NCBI GenBank assembly: GCA_036506275.1
Contig: DASXSB010000013.1
Coordinates: forward strand, 65,393-129,392
Direction: 5' to 3'
Source of the DNA: Candidatus Methylomirabilota bacterium
GTDB taxonomy: Bacteria; Methylomirabilota; Methylomirabilia; Rokubacteriales; CSP1-6
DNA length: 64,000 bases
Every line of letters begins with the position of its first letter. Position 1 is the first letter of the stretch. Positions 47,896-57,620 of the stretch are shown piece after piece. The translations under genes and the position numbers were made by a program. The notes beneath the pieces are model-generated. The model did not search any database, was not told the DNA's origin, and saw only the letters and a program-made list of their open reading frames with translations.

Positions 47896-49341
47896 TCACA
47901 CCTGGGTCCCGCCCACCGTCATGCCGTCGATGCGGATGGTGGGGAGACCGACGCCGACGGGGACGGACTGGCCGTCCTTGCCGCACGTCCCGATGCCTTC
48001 GTCCAGCTCGAGGTCGTGACCGACGCGGCTCACGCGCGTCAGCGCGTCGGGGCCGTTGCCGATGAGCGTGGCGCCCTTCACGGGCGCGCCCACGCGGCCG
48101 TCCTCGATCAGATAGGCTTCGCTCGCGGAGAAGACAAACTTCCCGCTCGTGATGTCGACCTGCCCGCCGCCGAACGCGACCGCGTAGAGCCCGCTCTTCA
48201 CCGAGCGGATGATGTCGTCGGGGGCATCGTGCCCCGCCAGCATGAACGTGTTGGTCATGCGCGGCATGGGCGGATGGGCATACGACTCCCGGCGGCCGTT
48301 GCCGGTGGCCGTCATGCCCATAAGACGGGAGTTCAAGCGGTCCTGCATGTACCCGCGCAGGATGCCGTTCTCGATGAGGACCGTGCGTCCGGTGGGCGTG
48401 CCCTCGTCGTCGACGTTGAGCGAGCCCCGGCGATTCGGCAGCGTGCCGTCGTCGACGACGGTCACGAGCTCGGACGCCACCTTCTGTCCGAGTCGACCGG
48501 CGAAGGCCGACGTTCCCTTGCGATTGAAGTCGCCCTCGAGCCCATGACCGATCGCCTCATGCAGGAGAATGCCGGGCCAACCCGGGCCGAGCACGACGGT
48601 GGTCGTTCCCGCCGGCGCGTCCACGGCGGAGAGCTTCAGCGTCGCTTGCCGCGCCGCCTCGCGCGCGAAGCGGCGCCACCGCTCGCCTTCCTCGAAGTAG
48701 TCGAGCGCCACGCGGCCGCCGCCGCCATGGGTGCCGGCCTCGCGCTTGGTGCCGTCCTCCGCGATCACCGTCACGTTGAGCCGTGTCAACGGTCGCACGT
48801 CGCCCACTGTCCATCCGACCGCGGTCGCGATCAGCATGACCACTTCTTCGCTGGCGACGCTCGCGATGACCTGGCGCACGCGCGGGTCCGCCGCGCGTGC
48901 CTCCGCATCCACCGCGCGCAGGAGCGCGAGCTTGCGGGCGAGGTCGGCGAGCGTGGGCGATTCGGCGAGACTGTAGAGGTCGTGGGGCCGTCGCGACGGC
49001 ACCGCGAGCACGCCGGAGGTGCTCGCCCGGTCGGCGATGGCGCGCGCCTGGCGCGCCGCCTCCTCCAGGTTCGTGAGCGAGATGTCGTCGGTGTGAGCGT
49101 ACCCGGTCCGCGCCCCCGCCTGGGCCCGGACGCCCGCCCCCTGGCTCACGTGCCGGGAGGCCTTTTTGACTGTGCCTTCCTCGAGTACCAGCTCTTCGTT
49201 GACACGGTACTCGAGGTAGATGTCGGCATCATCCACGCGGCCCTTCAGAGCCGATCCCAGCAGCCGATCCATGAGCCCCGGGGTGACGTTGAAACGATCC
49301 GCGAAGAAGCGCTCGGGGCGCTTCTGAACGAGCTCAGTCAT
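47896..49341 (-). CDS. tldD: metalloprotease TldD
   Basis: The internal ATG (MTELVQKRPERFF) is the start. HEAIGHGLEGDF is the TldD zinc motif. The upstream part of the 857-aa track ORF is spurious. Confidence 0.9.
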   Translation of the reverse strand: MTELVQKRPERFFADRFNVTPGLMDRLLGSALKGRVDDADIYLEYRVNEELVLEEGTVKKASRHVSQGAGVRAQAGARTGYAHTDDISLTNLEEAARQARAIADRASTSGVLAVPSRRPHDLYSLAESPTLADLARKLALLRAVDAEARAADPRVRQVIASVASEEVVMLIATAVGWTVGDVRPLTRLNVTVIAEDGTKREAGTHGGGGRVALDYFEEGERWRRFAREAARQATLKLSAVDAPAGTTTVVLGPGWPGILLHEAIGHGLEGDFNRKGTSAFAGRLGQKVASELVTVVDDGTLPNRRGSLNVDDEGTPTGRTVLIENGILRGYMQDRLNSRLMGMTATGNGRRESYAHPPMPRMTNTFMLAGHDAPDDIIRSVKSGLYAVAFGGGQVDITSGKFVFSASEAYLIEDGRVGAPVKGATLIGNGPDALTRVSRVGHDLELDEGIGTCGKDGQSVPVGVGLPTIRIDGMTVGGTQV

Positions 49342-49427
49342 GCACGCTCCTTGGCTGTTTGGCGGGGCACATCCTAGCGCGCGGGGCGCTGGCTCCCGAA
49401 GCTTTATTGTAGCGGGCGGCGCCAGTC

Positions 49428-50228
49428 TCAGGCGCCCTGGACGGCCTGGATGATCTCGTGGATTTTTCTGAGGCCGACGAGCAGCGACGGCCCCGGCGAC
49501 AGCACGTCGGCGCCGTCGAGCTCGTGGATCTGACCGTCGCGCACCGCCGTCACCTCGCGCCAGCCGGGACGGCGCGCGATCGCCTCCACGTCCACGGGCT
49601 TCCCGCACCACGAAGCGAGGATGATCTGCGGATCGCGTGCGAGCACCTCGTGCGGGTCGACCTTGCGCGCGGCCGCGCTCCCCTGCTCTCGGAGCTCGGC
49701 GAAGATGTCGCGTCCGCCCGCCATCTCGATCAGCTCGGAGACCCACCCGATGCCGGCGATGAGCGGATCGGGCCACTCCTCGAAGTACACGCGGGGATGA
49801 TCGGGCCACACGCTGGAGTACTCGCGCACCTGCTTGACCTCGTCGCGCATGTCCTGCACGAGCGCGCGCGCCTCCGTCTCGCGTCCGAGGGCGCCGCCGA
49901 TCACGAGCACGGCGCGGAGGACGTCGTCGAACGAGCGCTGGTTGGTGCAGAGGACGGCTACGCCGGCGCCGATCAGGTCGCGCACGACGTCGCGCTGGAG
50001 GTCGGAGAACGCGAGCACGAGATCGGGCCGGAGCTCGAGGATCTTGTCCACGCGAAAGGTCGTGAAGCCACCCACGCGCGCCTTCTCGCGGGCGGCCTCC
50101 GGACGGCGCACGGTCCCCGGCACCCCCACCACGCGATCGCCCGCCCCCACCGCGTACGCGATCTCCGTGGTCTCGGTGGTGAGGCACACCACCCGCTGCG
50201 GGAAGTCCACGGCGGTCTTGCCGTACAC
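49428..50228 (-). CDS. TroA/BtuF-like ABC substrate-binding (cobalamin/Fe-siderophore type) protein, apparently without signal peptide
   Basis: GTG start (MYGKTAVDFPQRVVCLTTETTEIAYAVGAGDRVVGV), matching the BtuF-like PxRIVSL...GxxDRxVGV pattern. Confidence 0.65.
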   Translation of the reverse strand: MYGKTAVDFPQRVVCLTTETTEIAYAVGAGDRVVGVPGTVRRPEAAREKARVGGFTTFRVDKILELRPDLVLAFSDLQRDVVRDLIGAGVAVLCTNQRSFDDVLRAVLVIGGALGRETEARALVQDMRDEVKQVREYSSVWPDHPRVYFEEWPDPLIAGIGWVSELIEMAGGRDIFAELREQGSAAARKVDPHEVLARDPQIILASWCGKPVDVEAIARRPGWREVTAVRDGQIHELDGADVLSPGPSLLVGLRKIHEIIQAVQGA

Positions 50229-50230
50229 CC

Positions 50231-51349
50231 CTACCGCGACCTCGCGAAGAAGCGATCGGGGAGGAAGTCGCCGATCGGAAGGGAGGGCCGCCCGTCGACG
50301 ATGCACTCGCGGAGGAGCCGGGCCGTGATCGGCGCCAGCATGATGCCGTTCCGGTAGTGCGCGGTGGCGACGAAGAGCCCCGCGATCCGCGGCCACGGAC
50401 CGAGGATGGGAAGGCTGTCCGGCGCCCACGGCCGGAATCCGTACCACGTGCGCGCGATGGCGAGATCACCGAGAGCGGGGACGAGATCGATGGCCGCCGT
50501 CAGCAGCGAGGCGAGGCCGCGCGCGGTGACCGCGCCCTGGAATCCCACGCGCTCGACGGTGGCGCCCACGAGCAGCTCGCCCGACGGGCGCGGCACGAGA
50601 TACACGTCGTCGCCGTGGAGACAGTGCGTGAGCACGGCCGGCACGTGCGCGAGGGCCAGCATCTGACCGCGCCTGGGCTCGACGGGCAAGCGCGACCCGA
50701 ACGACGCCGCCAGCGCGCCCGTCCACGCTCCCGCCGCGAGGAGGACGGCGTCGGCGTCCCAGCGCTCGCCTTCCGCCATCACCCCGCGCGCCCGGCCGTC
50801 TTCCACTATCACCCGCGACACCGCCGCGCCCGTGCGCAGGTCCGCGCCCGCCGCCACCGCCGCCTGCGCGTAGGCGACGACGAGGCGCTGGTTATTCACC
50901 CAGTGGTCGCCGCGCACGAACATCGCTCCCCGTACGCGCGGCGACAGGGCCGGCTCGTGCTCGCGCACCTCCGTCGCCTCCCACGCCTCGATCCCGAACT
51001 CCGCCGCCCATGGCAACGCGGCGCGCTTCTCGGCGTACCGGACGTCCTCAGCCGAAAAGAGCGGGTAGATCGTGCCGCGGCGGACGTGCTCGACGTCGAT
51101 GCCGGTGCGCGCGCGCAGCTCGTCGGCGACCTCCGGATAGAGGCGCCAGCTCGCGATGGCGAGCTCGGTGAGAGGAGTGATCGTGTCGTCGCCGAGCGGG
51201 GCCAGCATCCCGGCCGCCGCCCCCGACGCTTCCGCGCCCGGGGTGGCGCGCTCGAACAGCGTCACCGCGCACCCCGCCTTGGCGAGCTCGAAAGCCGTCG
51301 CGCATCCGATCACACCGCCCCCGACGACGATCGTTCTCACTGTCGCCAC
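50231..51349 (-). CDS. thiO: FAD-dependent glycine oxidase ThiO
   Basis: IVVGGGVIGCATAFELAKAG is the FAD dinucleotide-binding motif. It lies in the thiS-thiG-thiE context. Confidence 0.8.
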   Translation of the reverse strand: MATVRTIVVGGGVIGCATAFELAKAGCAVTLFERATPGAEASGAAAGMLAPLGDDTITPLTELAIASWRLYPEVADELRARTGIDVEHVRRGTIYPLFSAEDVRYAEKRAALPWAAEFGIEAWEATEVREHEPALSPRVRGAMFVRGDHWVNNQRLVVAYAQAAVAAGADLRTGAAVSRVIVEDGRARGVMAEGERWDADAVLLAAGAWTGALAASFGSRLPVEPRRGQMLALAHVPAVLTHCLHGDDVYLVPRPSGELLVGATVERVGFQGAVTARGLASLLTAAIDLVPALGDLAIARTWYGFRPWAPDSLPILGPWPRIAGLFVATAHYRNGIMLAPITARLLRECIVDGRPSLPIGDFLPDRFFARSR

Positions 51350-51356
51350 CGCCGTT

Positions 51357-52031
51357 CTACTGTCGCGGCGGGCGGGCGGTGAGTGTGGCGACGTCGAGGC
51401 CGGCCGCCGCCAGGGCCTCGAGGAAACGCTTCGTGGCGTCGGCGGGAGCCGCCGCGCCCAGGATGGCGGAGATCACCGCCACACCGGTGGCGCCGGCGGC
51501 GCAGACGTCCTCCACGCGCTCCGGGGTGATGCCGCCGATCGCGATCACGGGAATGCGCACCGCCGCCGCCACGTGCTCGAGGGCGCCCAGGCCTTGCGGC
51601 GGACCATAACCGCGCTTCGACGCGGTGTCGTACACGGGCCCGAAGACGACCCAGTCGGCGCCGCTCGCCTCCGCCTCCACCGCGTCGGCGAGCGAATGAA
51701 CGGAGGCGCCGATGAGGAGCCGTGACCCCGCGATCGCTCGGATGTCCTCCACCGGCAGCGACACCGACGTCCGCTGCACGCCATCGGCGCCGACGGCGAG
51801 CGCGACGTCCACGCGATCGTTGACGATCAGCAGCGCGTCGGGAGCGAGGGCGCGGAGCCGACGAGCGAGGGCGGCGAGATCGGCAGCGGCGAGGTCCTTC
51901 TCCCGAAGCTGCACGGCCGGAAGCCCGGCCGCCACGCACTCCCGCACCACGTCGGCGAGGTCACGCCGCCCCGTGTGCACGCGGTCCGTGACGAGACAGA
52001 GGGCGGGCGCGCGCCGTCTCAGCTCGTCCAA
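51357..52031 (-). CDS. thiE: thiamine-phosphate synthase ThiE
   Basis: LCLVTDR..., [24 protein letters not shown] start is proposed near 52031, overlapping the thiG end. Confidence 0.75.
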   Translation of the reverse strand: MDELRRRAPALCLVTDRVHTGRRDLADVVRECVAAGLPAVQLREKDLAAADLAALARRLRALAPDALLIVNDRVDVALAVGADGVQRTSVSLPVEDIRAIAGSRLLIGASVHSLADAVEAEASGADWVVFGPVYDTASKRGYGPPQGLGALEHVAAAVRIPVIAIGGITPERVEDVCAAGATGVAVISAILGAAAPADATKRFLEALAAAGLDVATLTARPPRQ

Positions 52032-52840
52032 TCGGGAACGCCCTCGAGCGGCGAGGAGGCGGTGGCGTAGAGCTTCTTGCCGATGCGACCCGCGCGGTAC
52101 GCGAGGCGCCCCGCCTCCACGGCCAGCCGCATCGCGCGCGCCATCGCGGCCGGATCGCCGGCGCCGGCGATGGCGGTGTTCATGAGCACGCCGTCGCAGC
52201 CGAGCTCCATGGCGATGGCGGCGTCGGATGCGGTGCCCACGCCGGCATCCACGATCACCGGCACCGACACCGACTCCAGGATGATCTTGATGTTGTACGG
52301 GTTCCTGATGCCGAGGCCGGAGCCGATGGGCGCGCCGAGCGGCATCACGCACGCCGCCCCCGCCTCCTCCAGACGTTTGGCGATGACGGGATCGTCGTTC
52401 GTGTACGGCATCACCACGAACCCGTCGCGCGCGAGCGTGCGCGTCGCCTCCAGCAAGCCGTGCACGTCCGGAAACAACGTGCGCACGTCGCCGATGACCT
52501 CGAGCTTGACCATCTCCCCGAGCCCCGCCTCCCGCGCGAGGTACGCGGTGCGGACGGCCTCGTCGGCGGTGTAGCAGCCGGCCGTGTTCGGGAGCAGCGT
52601 GTAGCGGGTGGTGTCGATGTGATCCAGGATGGAGTCGCCGCTGCCGGGCAGGCTCACGCGTCGCACGGCGACGGTCACGATTTGGGCGCCGGACTCCTCG
52701 TGGGCCTGGCGCATGACGTCGTTGGACGAGTACTTCCCCGTGCCCACGATGAGCCGCGAGCTGAATTCCTTGCCGCCCAGGACCAGGTTCGTGTCGTGCA
52801 TCTCAACCCTCCGCGCCCGCGCGGGCGGCGCTCCGTTCAT
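52019..52840 (-). CDS. thiG: thiazole synthase ThiG
   Basis: [17 protein letters not shown] and [12 protein letters not shown] are ThiG motifs. An ATGA overlap joins it to the thiS stop. Confidence 0.9.
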   Translation of the reverse strand: MNGAPPARARRVEMHDTNLVLGGKEFSSRLIVGTGKYSSNDVMRQAHEESGAQIVTVAVRRVSLPGSGDSILDHIDTTRYTLLPNTAGCYTADEAVRTAYLAREAGLGEMVKLEVIGDVRTLFPDVHGLLEATRTLARDGFVVMPYTNDDPVIAKRLEEAGAACVMPLGAPIGSGLGIRNPYNIKIILESVSVPVIVDAGVGTASDAAIAMELGCDGVLMNTAIAGAGDPAAMARAMRLAVEAGRLAYRAGRIGKKLYATASSPLEGVPDWTS

Positions 52841-53055
52841 CCACCGCCCATGGGGCGGACGATCTCGATCTTGTCGCCGGGGGCCAGCCGCGTGGAGGCG
52901 TAGTGGCTCTTCGGCGTCACGTCGCGGTTGACGGCGACGGCGGTGAACTCGCGCTTCACCCCGAGGTGACTCAAGAGGTCGTCGACCGTGAGACCGTCCG
53001 GAACCTCCATCGTCTTCCCGTTCACCACGATCGTCACGCGCGCGCCCTCAAACAC
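52837..53055 (-). CDS. thiS: sulfur-carrier protein ThiS
   Basis: 72 aa ending in GGG. A GTG start at 53055 is preceded by a GGGAG SD. Confidence 0.85.
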   Translation of the reverse strand: MFEGARVTIVVNGKTMEVPDGLTVDDLLSHLGVKREFTAVAVNRDVTPKSHYASTRLAPGDKIEIVRPMGGG

Positions 53056-53102
53056 GAACGGCCGCTCCCGTCACCGGGCGCGGCCGTGATGCTCTTCGCC
53101 GC
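53056..53102 (-). promoter_or_regulatory. riboswitch expression platform: hairpin GGCCGC-GCCCG-gtga-CGGGAG-CGGCC sequestering the thiS SD
   Basis: The hairpin at 53060-53085 contains GGGAG, the only SD candidate for the GTG at 53055, and is followed by guucguguuug. Confidence 0.5.
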
Positions 53103-53178
53103 GTTCCCTTCGCTGGGATTATCCAGTGCAGGTTCGAGGGGTCCCGGGCCGCACCCGGTTCTCAGGAGACCTCCCCCC
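53103..53178 (-). ncRNA. TPP (THI-box) riboswitch aptamer
   Basis: The minus strand reads ggggaggtctcCTGAGAaccgggtgcggcccgggACCCctcgaACCTGcaCTGGATAATcCCAGCGaAGGGAac. This matches the conserved CUGAGA and ACCUGAUCUGGAUAAUGCCAGCGAAGGGA THI-element blocks and lies directly upstream of thiS. Confidence 0.85.
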
Positions 53179-53206
53179 ACGGCAGACTCGAAGTATACGC
53201 GCGGAT

Positions 53207-55153
53207 CTAAGTCGCGTCGACGATCGACTTCACGCTGGCCGGATTCTCCAGCGACGAGAGATCGCCGGGCGCCTGCCCGAGGTAGGTGGCGCGGATCACG
53301 CGGCGCATGATCTTGGCGCTGCGCGTCTTCGGAAGATCGCGCGCGAAGAGCACGCGCTCGGGTTTCAGCGCCTTTCCCATGTGCTGCGCCACGCGATCAC
53401 CGAGCTCGGCGCGGAGGGCATCGGCCGCGTTGTGCCCGGGTTTCAGCACGGCGAAGCAGACGATGGCCTCGCCCTTCACGGGATGCGGCACGCCGATGGC
53501 GGCCGCCTCCGCGACGGCAGGATGTCCCACCAGGACCGACTCGACCTCGGCCGGTCCCAGCCGCTTTCCCGCGATCTTCAGCGTGTCGTCGGAACGTCCC
53601 TGCACGTACCAGAAGCCCTCGTCGTCGACGTACGCCCAGTCCCCGTGCACCCAGACGTCGGGCCAGCGCGACCAGTACGTCTCCTCGTAGCGTGCGGGGT
53701 CGCGCCAGAATCCTTGCGTCATGCCCGGCCACGGCCGCGTGACGACCAGCTCGCCCACCTCGCCGCGCACGGGCTTCGCGTTCTCGTCGAAGACCTCGGC
53801 CGCCATGCCGGGGATCGGCCCGAAGAACGAGCACGGCTTGATGGGGGCGATGGGGAAGGAGCCGATGATGCCGCCCGAGATCTCGGTGCCGCCGGAGTAG
53901 TTGATGATCGGAACGCGCCGCCGGCCAACGTTCTCGAAGAGCCACTGGAATGGCTCCGGGTTCCATGGCTCGCCCGTCGATCCGAGAATCCGCAGCGCGC
54001 CGAGGTCGTGGCGCGTCGCCCAGTCCGCGCCGTGCGGCATGAGCGCGCGCACCGCCGTCGGCGACAGGCCCATCACGGTCACGCGGTGACGCGCGGCCAG
54101 CGCCCACAGGCGATCGGGACCCGGATGATCCGGTACCCCCTCGAACAGCACGGCGGTGCCGCCGAGAACCAGCGTGGCCGTGATCAGCATCGGTCCCATC
54201 AGCCAGCCGAGGTCGGTGAGCCACGCCACCCGGTCCGTCTCGCCCACGTCGAAGAGATAGGCCCAGTCGTGCGCCGGCTTGATCGCGAAGCCGCCGTGCG
54301 TGAGAACGGCGCCCTTCGGCCGGCCCGTCGTCCCCGACGTGTAGATGATGAGGCACGGGCGCTCGGCGTCGACGCCGAGCGCGGGTCGTTCCGTGGGTTG
54401 ATCCGCGATTTCTTCGTGCCACCAGCGATCGCGCCCGCGTGTCCACGGCACATCGCGGCCGAGCCGTCGCGCCACGAGGACGTGACGCACGCTCGGGCAC
54501 GCCGCCACCGCCTCGTCGGCGGTTTCTTTCAAGCGCACGACCTGCCCGCGGCGGTGGAAGCCGTCGGCGGTGATCAGCACCGTGGCTTCGCAATCCTGGA
54601 GCCGCGACGCGACCGCCTGCGCGCCATACCCGGAAAAGCACGGAGTGTAGATGGCGCCCAGCCTCACCACCGCCAGCGTGGCGACGGCCGCCTCCGGCGA
54701 CATCGGCAGGAAGATCCCGACGCGATCCCCGGCGGCGATGCCGAGACGCGCGAGCGCGCCCGCGACCCGGTTCACCTCGGCTCCAAGCTCGGCATACGTG
54801 AGCGTGCGCGTGTCGCCGCCGTCCGCTTCCCAGACGATCGCGGGCTTGTCGCCGCGGCCGTCCTGGAGGTGCCGATCGACGCAGTTGGCCGCCAGATTGA
54901 TCTCGCCGCCCACGAACCAACGCGGCCACGCAATGCCGCGCGATTCGTCGAGCACGCGTGTGTACGGTCGCGTCCAGGAGAGCCCGAGATCTTTCGAAAC
55001 CGCGTCCCAGTACCACTCGAGATCCTCCACGGACCGTTGCTGGAGGGCTTCGAGAGACGGCACTCCGTGCCGCGCCATGAAGCGAGCGATGCGGGCGGAT
55101 CGCATGATCTCGGGCGTGGGACGCCAGACGATCTCGCGCTTGGGAATCTCCAT
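53207..55153 (-). CDS. AMP-forming acyl-CoA synthetase (acetyl/acetoacetyl-CoA synthetase-like)
   Basis: IIYTSGTTGRPKG is the AMP-binding motif. YWxxxDG..., DDTLKIAGKRLGPAEVE and the Lys-containing C-terminus fit the family. Preferred start MEIPKREIVW. Confidence 0.9.
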   Translation of the reverse strand: MEIPKREIVWRPTPEIMRSARIARFMARHGVPSLEALQQRSVEDLEWYWDAVSKDLGLSWTRPYTRVLDESRGIAWPRWFVGGEINLAANCVDRHLQDGRGDKPAIVWEADGGDTRTLTYAELGAEVNRVAGALARLGIAAGDRVGIFLPMSPEAAVATLAVVRLGAIYTPCFSGYGAQAVASRLQDCEATVLITADGFHRRGQVVRLKETADEAVAACPSVRHVLVARRLGRDVPWTRGRDRWWHEEIADQPTERPALGVDAERPCLIIYTSGTTGRPKGAVLTHGGFAIKPAHDWAYLFDVGETDRVAWLTDLGWLMGPMLITATLVLGGTAVLFEGVPDHPGPDRLWALAARHRVTVMGLSPTAVRALMPHGADWATRHDLGALRILGSTGEPWNPEPFQWLFENVGRRRVPIINYSGGTEISGGIIGSFPIAPIKPCSFFGPIPGMAAEVFDENAKPVRGEVGELVVTRPWPGMTQGFWRDPARYEETYWSRWPDVWVHGDWAYVDDEGFWYVQGRSDDTLKIAGKRLGPAEVESVLVGHPAVAEAAAIGVPHPVKGEAIVCFAVLKPGHNAADALRAELGDRVAQHMGKALKPERVLFARDLPKTRSAKIMRRVIRATYLGQAPGDLSSLENPASVKSIVDAT

Positions 55154-55217
55154 GGGGTTACTTAGGCGCACCCTCCCACCGCCGTCAAGGGCGGGGCCTT
55201 CCTTATCTATATGGGGC

Positions 55218-55248
55218 TTGACACCAGACTACTCGTCTCTTGTATAGT
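55218..55248 (+). promoter_or_regulatory. sigma70-like promoter TTGACA-N19-TATAGT placed for a (near-)leaderless radical SAM transcript
   Basis: ttgacaccagactactcgtctcttgtatagtgcgccATGg. The ATG lies 6 nt after the -10 and has no SD. Confidence 0.4.
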
Positions 55249-55253
55249 GCGCC

Positions 55254-56468
55254 ATGGACCACCGGCAGCGGGTCACCATCCTCTCCGAAGCGGCGCTCGA
55301 CGACCGTGACGGCCACTCCCCGCCGGGCTTGCGTCCTGGTGATCCGGTGGGGATCACGGCCGTGCGCGTCCCCGGCGGCGGCTGCACCCGTCTCATGCGG
55401 ATCATGCAGACCAACGCCTGCTCGCTCTCGTGCGGGTACTGTCCGACGTTCGCGGGAGGACGGGTCAAGCGCGTGGCCCTCGCGCCGGAAGAAGTGGCGC
55501 GGACGTTCATCGAAGCGCACCGGGCCGGCATCGCCGACGGCCTCTTCCTCACCTCCGGAGTGCCGGGCCGGCCGCAGCGGGCGATGGATCGCCTCCTCGG
55601 GGCCGTCGAAATCTTACGGTCGCGCGAGAGCTTCCGCGGTTACGTGCATCTGAAGATCCTGCCCGGCGCGGAGGCGGCGCAGGCGGAGCGCGCCGCCCAG
55701 CTCGCCAACCGGGTCTCGATCAACCTCGAATCGGCGAGCGACGGCTACGTGCGCGCGCTCGCGCGCGAGAAGAACTTCAGCGGCGACCTCCTGCCCCAGC
55801 TCGAGCGCGTGGGTCGCATCTTCCGCGATGCGCGGGCGGGCGGTAGCCCATCGCCGTTTCGGCCCGCGGGGACCACGACGCAGTTCGTGGTGGGGGCGGC
55901 GGGCGAGCGCGACGCCGAGATCCTTTCGCTGGTGGCGCGCCTGGAACGGCAGCGCCTGCTGCATCACGCGCACTTCAGCGCCTTCCAGCCCGTGGTCGGC
56001 ACGCCCATGGAAGGGGCGGCGCCCGTGCCGGCCATGCGCGAGCACCGTCTCTACCAGGCCGAGCACCTCTTGCGCGACTACGGCTTCCGCTTCGACGAGC
56101 TGGTCTTCGAGACCGACGGCAATCTCGCCCTCGATCGAGATCCGAAGACGGCGTGGGCCCTCGCCCACCACGAGGTCTTCCCGGTCGACGCCCTCACCGC
56201 GCCCCCCGACGTGCTCCTCCGTGTCCCGGGTATCGGGCCCGTGTCCGCGCGCACGCTCGTCGGGATCCGACGCCGCACGGTCGTGCGCGGGCTCGGCGAT
56301 CTCCGTAAGCTGGGGATCGACACCGCGCGCGCCGCCTATTTCCTCACGCTGGGAGGTCGCCGCCTGGCGGCGGCGCCGCGCGCGGAGCAACTGCGGCTGT
56401 TCCGCCACGGCCAGCATCTGACGCAGGGACCGATGAAGACGGCGGTGCCGCCGTGCGCCTATCGCTAG
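55254..56468 (+). CDS. radical SAM protein of the putative DNA modification/repair family with C-terminal HhH
   Basis: CSLSCGYCP is the CxxxCxxC motif. A C-terminal helix-hairpin-helix LRVPGIGPVSARTLV is present. Confidence 0.8.
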   Translation: MDHRQRVTILSEAALDDRDGHSPPGLRPGDPVGITAVRVPGGGCTRLMRIMQTNACSLSCGYCPTFAGGRVKRVALAPEEVARTFIEAHRAGIADGLFLTSGVPGRPQRAMDRLLGAVEILRSRESFRGYVHLKILPGAEAAQAERAAQLANRVSINLESASDGYVRALAREKNFSGDLLPQLERVGRIFRDARAGGSPSPFRPAGTTTQFVVGAAGERDAEILSLVARLERQRLLHHAHFSAFQPVVGTPMEGAAPVPAMREHRLYQAEHLLRDYGFRFDELVFETDGNLALDRDPKTAWALAHHEVFPVDALTAPPDVLLRVPGIGPVSARTLVGIRRRTVVRGLGDLRKLGIDTARAAYFLTLGGRRLAAAPRAEQLRLFRHGQHLTQGPMKTAVPPCAYR

Positions 56469-56471
56469 CGC

Positions 56472-57602
56472 TTACGATCCGGAGAGCGGCATCTCGAAGC
56501 GCCCCTCCCGCCGGACCACCCGGACCCTGAGATCCGTCGGGCCCAGCGTCGTGAAGTCGAGGCGGCCATGATAGGTGCCGGGCTCCGATCCGGGCTCGAG
56601 CGGCGTCTGCATGGCGGTGCCGTCGGTCAGGCGGCCGAAGAGGCTCACGCTGGCGCCGACGACGGGGCGCCCCGCCACGTCGATGAGCCGGACGGTGTAC
56701 GAGGCCGACTGTCCCGGGGTTGGATACGGAGGATCGGAAGCGATCTCGACGCGCACGCTCCGCGGCAGCGCCCACGGCTGAGGCACGGGCTCCGGGGCGC
56801 GACCCGGCGGTAGCTGGCTCTCGCGCAGGTCACTGACGCTCGACCCCACGCCAGCGGGCGTAGGGCGGCTGGCCACCGGCGCCGGCGTGGGAGTCGGCAA
56901 CGCCGACGGGGCCGGCGGCGCCGAGGACCGCACCGACGAAGACGGTCCCGCCGGCAAAGAAGGAGGCGCGGACAGCCGCGCCGACGAGGGCGCCGGCGAA
57001 GATCGCGCGGACGACGTCGACGACGGCGCCGAGGATGGCGCGGACGGCCGCACGGACGACGGCGCCGCGGGTGGCAGCGCCGGCGCGGGGGAGGGCGACG
57101 GCGCTGACGGCGGCGCGACAGGCGCAGACGGCGGCGTCGCCGCCGAAGAGGACGGTGCGGGCGTAGCGCCAACGCGTGCGCGCTCCGGTGCCGCGACACC
57201 GTCGCGATCTCCCGATTCCACCGCCGTCAGCCGGCTCTCGAGACCGCGGAGCTGTTGCCGGAGCGTGCCTTCGAGCCCCTGCACTTCCGTGCGCATGCGC
57301 GCGACGTCGTCGGGCGACGGCACGCTGGCGACGGACGTGGAGGCCATCGTCTCCGGACGCGCCTTGAAGGCGACGACGGCGAGGACGGCGGCCATCGCGA
57401 AGCAGAACGCCGCCACCGCGTGACCGAAGCGGAGGACGAGGAGGCGGTGGTTGAAGTCCTCGGCGTCCTCATCCGTATCGGGCGGAACCGCATAGCGCAG
57501 GGCAAGCAGGCACATGACAAGAGCGCCCACCAGGCTGACGACCACCACACCGGGAAGTGCATACGGTAGCAATTGCGTCATCGGTCTCCTCCACGGCACC
57601 AT
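56472..57602 (-). CDS. membrane-anchored protein with long Pro/Ser/Ala low-complexity linker and C-terminal Ig-like (YtkA/FixH-like) domain
   Basis: An N-terminal TM pair is followed by ~150 aa of APSS/PSAP repeats and a C-terminal beta-rich domain (ASYTVRLIDVAGRPVVGASVSLFGRL...GTYHGRLDF). Confidence 0.55.
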   Translation of the reverse strand: MVPWRRPMTQLLPYALPGVVVVSLVGALVMCLLALRYAVPPDTDEDAEDFNHRLLVLRFGHAVAAFCFAMAAVLAVVAFKARPETMASTSVASVPSPDDVARMRTEVQGLEGTLRQQLRGLESRLTAVESGDRDGVAAPERARVGATPAPSSSAATPPSAPVAPPSAPSPSPAPALPPAAPSSVRPSAPSSAPSSTSSARSSPAPSSARLSAPPSLPAGPSSSVRSSAPPAPSALPTPTPAPVASRPTPAGVGSSVSDLRESQLPPGRAPEPVPQPWALPRSVRVEIASDPPYPTPGQSASYTVRLIDVAGRPVVGASVSLFGRLTDGTAMQTPLEPGSEPGTYHGRLDFTTLGPTDLRVRVVRREGRFEMPLSGS

Positions 57603-57620
57603 GTGGCGCCGCCGAGATGG

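Noticed and set aside
53126-55165. 679-aa plus ORF antisense to the acyl-CoA synthetase, and 57573..59945(+) antisense to yyaL
   Set aside because: Junk composition, and both lie fully inside strongly supported minus-strand CDSs.
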